From the UHGV virus genome UHGV-0268347: 27,718 nucleotides of DNA. One strand, 5' to 3'. The position numbers and the translations under genes were made by a program. Within the stretch, counting starts at the first letter, position 1. The number at the start of each line of letters is the position of its first letter. The stretch is from a virus. Of the stretch, positions 25,901 to 27,718 are shown piece by piece. A model generated the notes under the pieces. That model had not been told where the DNA came from. It ran no database searches and saw nothing but the letters and a program-made list of their open reading frames with translations.

Positions 25901-26498
25901 TCTGCTGCCACCGGGTTCAACTTCACTGGAGCGCCGACTGGCGCAGACCTGTAGCGGGATTTCTGATCTGCAGGTGCCGCTGCGTGACTTGTGGAATCCG
26001 GCGACCTGTCCGGTCAGTTTCCTTCCTTATCTCGCCTGGGCGTTCTCTGTGGATCGCTGGGACGAGGGCTGGACAGAAAGCGTCAAGCGCCAGGTGGTGA
26101 AGGATGCTTTTTATATTCATCAGCATAAAGGGACCACCAGTGCCGTGCGGCGGGTGGTGGAGCCGTTCGGCTTTCTGATCCGCATTATTGAGTGGTGGCA
26201 GACCGGAGAAACACCGGGCACGTTTCGCCTGGATATCGGCGTGCAGGACCAGGGCATCACTGAAGATACCTATCTGGAACTTGAGCGGCTGATAAGCGAT
26301 GCCAAACCATGTAGCCGCCATCTGATCGGCATGTCCATCAATCTGCAGACCAGCGGCCCGCATTGGGTGGGGGCTGCCAGCTATCTTGGCGAAGAAATCA
26401 CGATCTATCCGTATATCAACGAAACAATTATTTCCGGCGGCACCGCGCATGAAGGCGGGGCGGTCCATGTTATTGACACAATGAGAGTGAATCCATGA
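25893..26498 (+). CDS. I: Tail/baseplate protein I
   Basis: 201 aa; P2 gpI-like; overlaps J and H. Confidence 0.85.
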   Translation: MNSLLPPGSTSLERRLAQTCSGISDLQVPLRDLWNPATCPVSFLPYLAWAFSVDRWDEGWTESVKRQVVKDAFYIHQHKGTTSAVRRVVEPFGFLIRIIEWWQTGETPGTFRLDIGVQDQGITEDTYLELERLISDAKPCSRHLIGMSINLQTSGPHWVGAASYLGEEITIYPYINETIISGGTAHEGGAVHVIDTMRVNP

Positions 26499-27718
26499 GC
26501 ACAAAATTTTATACCCTGCTGACGGATATTGGCGCGGCGAAACTTGCCAGCGCCGCCGCGCTCGGTGTGCCGTTAAAAATTACCCATATGGCGGTAGGCG
26601 ATGGCGGCGGAACATTACCAACGCCGGACGCAAAGCAGACGGCACTGGTAAATGAGAAACGCCGGGCTGCGTTGAATATGCTCTATATCGACCCGCAGAA
26701 CAGTAGCCAGATTATTGCTGAACAGGTGATCCCTGAAAACGAGGGCGGTTGGTGGATACGTGAAGTGGGCCTGTTTGATGAGTCCGGGGCATTGATTGCC
26801 GTGGGAAACTGCCCGGAAAGCTATAAACCGCAACTGGCTGAAGGCAGCGGGCGCACCCAGACCGTACGCATGGTGCTGATTACCAGCAGTACGGACAATA
26901 TCACCCTGAAAATCGACCCTGCTGTAGTACTAGCAACTCGCAAGTATGTGGATGATAAAGCACTGGAGCTGAAGGTGTATGTGGATGACCAAATGGCAAA
27001 ACACCTTGCCGCAGCGGACCCACATTCACAGTATGCGCCCAAAGAAAGTCCGACATTTACCGGGACACCCAAAGCGCCAACGCCAGCAGCAGGGAATAAC
27101 ACCACGCAGATTGCGACCACCGCGTTTGTTCAGGCGGCTCTGACGGCTCTTATTAATGGTGCGCCAGCCACGCTGGACACGCTGAAAGAAATAGCCGCAG
27201 CCATTAACAATGATCCGAAATTCAGTACCACCATTAACAATGCGCTGGCACTAAAAGCACCGCTGTCGAGTCCGGCACTCACCGGAACGCCAACCGCACC
27301 TACTGCGGCACAGTCGGTCAACAATACACAGATTGCCACTACAGCTTTTGTGAAATCAGCGATTGCAGCAATGGTGGGTTCTGCACCTGCGGCACTGGAT
27401 ACACTGAACGAACTGGCGGCGGCACTGGGGAATGATCCGAACTTTGCCACGACAATGCTTAATGCGCTGGCAGGTAAACAACCGCTGGACAATACGCTGA
27501 CTAATTTGAGTGGAAAGGATGTAGCTGGTCTTCTCGCATACCTTGGTTTGGGAGAAGGTTCGGCATTACCCGTTGGCGTGCCTGTTCCGTGGCCTTCCGC
27601 CACTCCGCCAACAGGCTGGCTGAAATGCAACGGGGCGGCTTTTTCTGCTGAAGAATACCCGGAACTGGCAAAGGTTTACCCGACAAATAAATTGCCTGAT
27701 TTACGCGGTGAGTTTATT
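26495..27718 (+). CDS. H: Tail fibre protein H, N-terminal 408 codons, truncated by the window end
   Basis: Open frame from ATG 26495 (overlapping the I stop) to the window end with no stop: MSTKFYTLLTDIGAAKLASAAALGVPLKITHMAVGDGGG..., the conserved P2-like gpH N-terminus. Absent from the ORF track because no stop lies in the window. Confidence 0.9.
   Translation, partial: MSTKFYTLLTDIGAAKLASAAALGVPLKITHMAVGDGGGTLPTPDAKQTALVNEKRRAALNMLYIDPQNSSQIIAEQVIPENEGGWWIREVGLFDESGALIAVGNCPESYKPQLAEGSGRTQTVRMVLITSSTDNITLKIDPAVVLATRKYVDDKALELKVYVDDQMAKHLAAADPHSQYAPKESPTFTGTPKAPTPAAGNNTTQIATTAFVQAALTALINGAPATLDTLKEIAAAINNDPKFSTTINNALALKAPLSSPALTGTPTAPTAAQSVNNTQIATTAFVKSAIAAMVGSAPAALDTLNELAAALGNDPNFATTMLNALAGKQPLDNTLTNLSGKDVAGLLAYLGLGEGSALPVGVPVPWPSATPPTGWLKCNGAAFSAEEYPELAKVYPTNKLPDLRGEFI

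Noticed and set aside
1-27718. CRISPR arrays, retron (RT plus ncRNA), tRNA or rRNA genes
   Set aside because: No regularly spaced direct repeats, no reverse-transcriptase-like ORF and no tRNA-like sequence beyond the ssrA fragment were seen on reading the window.

Overview
This window holds the integrase-side junction and about 25 kb of a P2/186-family temperate prophage (186-like early region, P2-like late region), preceded by about 2.7 kb of decayed island DNA. All identifications are from reading the translations and motifs; no database search was run. Left flank (1-2680): the 3' end of an IS3 transposase, a truncated and frameshifted Pin/Hin-type invertase remnant, and an rnlA-rnlB (RNase LS) toxin-antitoxin pair. 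A 45-nt copy of the tmRNA (ssrA) 3' end at 2679-2723 marks the prophage attachment site. The prophage then runs: AT-rich membrane-protein moron, integrase, CI repressor, Apl/Cox, CII, Fil-like and small ORFs, TraR-type zinc finger, Dam methyltransferase, replication initiator A, and a LexA-box-controlled small operon with a DinI-like gene. The most interesting region is the AT-rich cargo hotspot between that operon and cos (about 11.6-14.9 kb). It carries a canonical C5-cytosine methyltransferase convergent with a 652-aa fusion of a GHKL (Bergerat-fold) ATPase and a C-terminal PD-(D/E)xK nuclease, sharing a bidirectional terminator. I read this as a candidate ATP-dependent restriction-modification-like defence system that I cannot assign to any characterised named system. 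After cos come the late genes Q, P, O, N, M, L, X, a lysis cassette, R, S, V, W, J, I and the 5' part of tail fibre H, which runs off the window.
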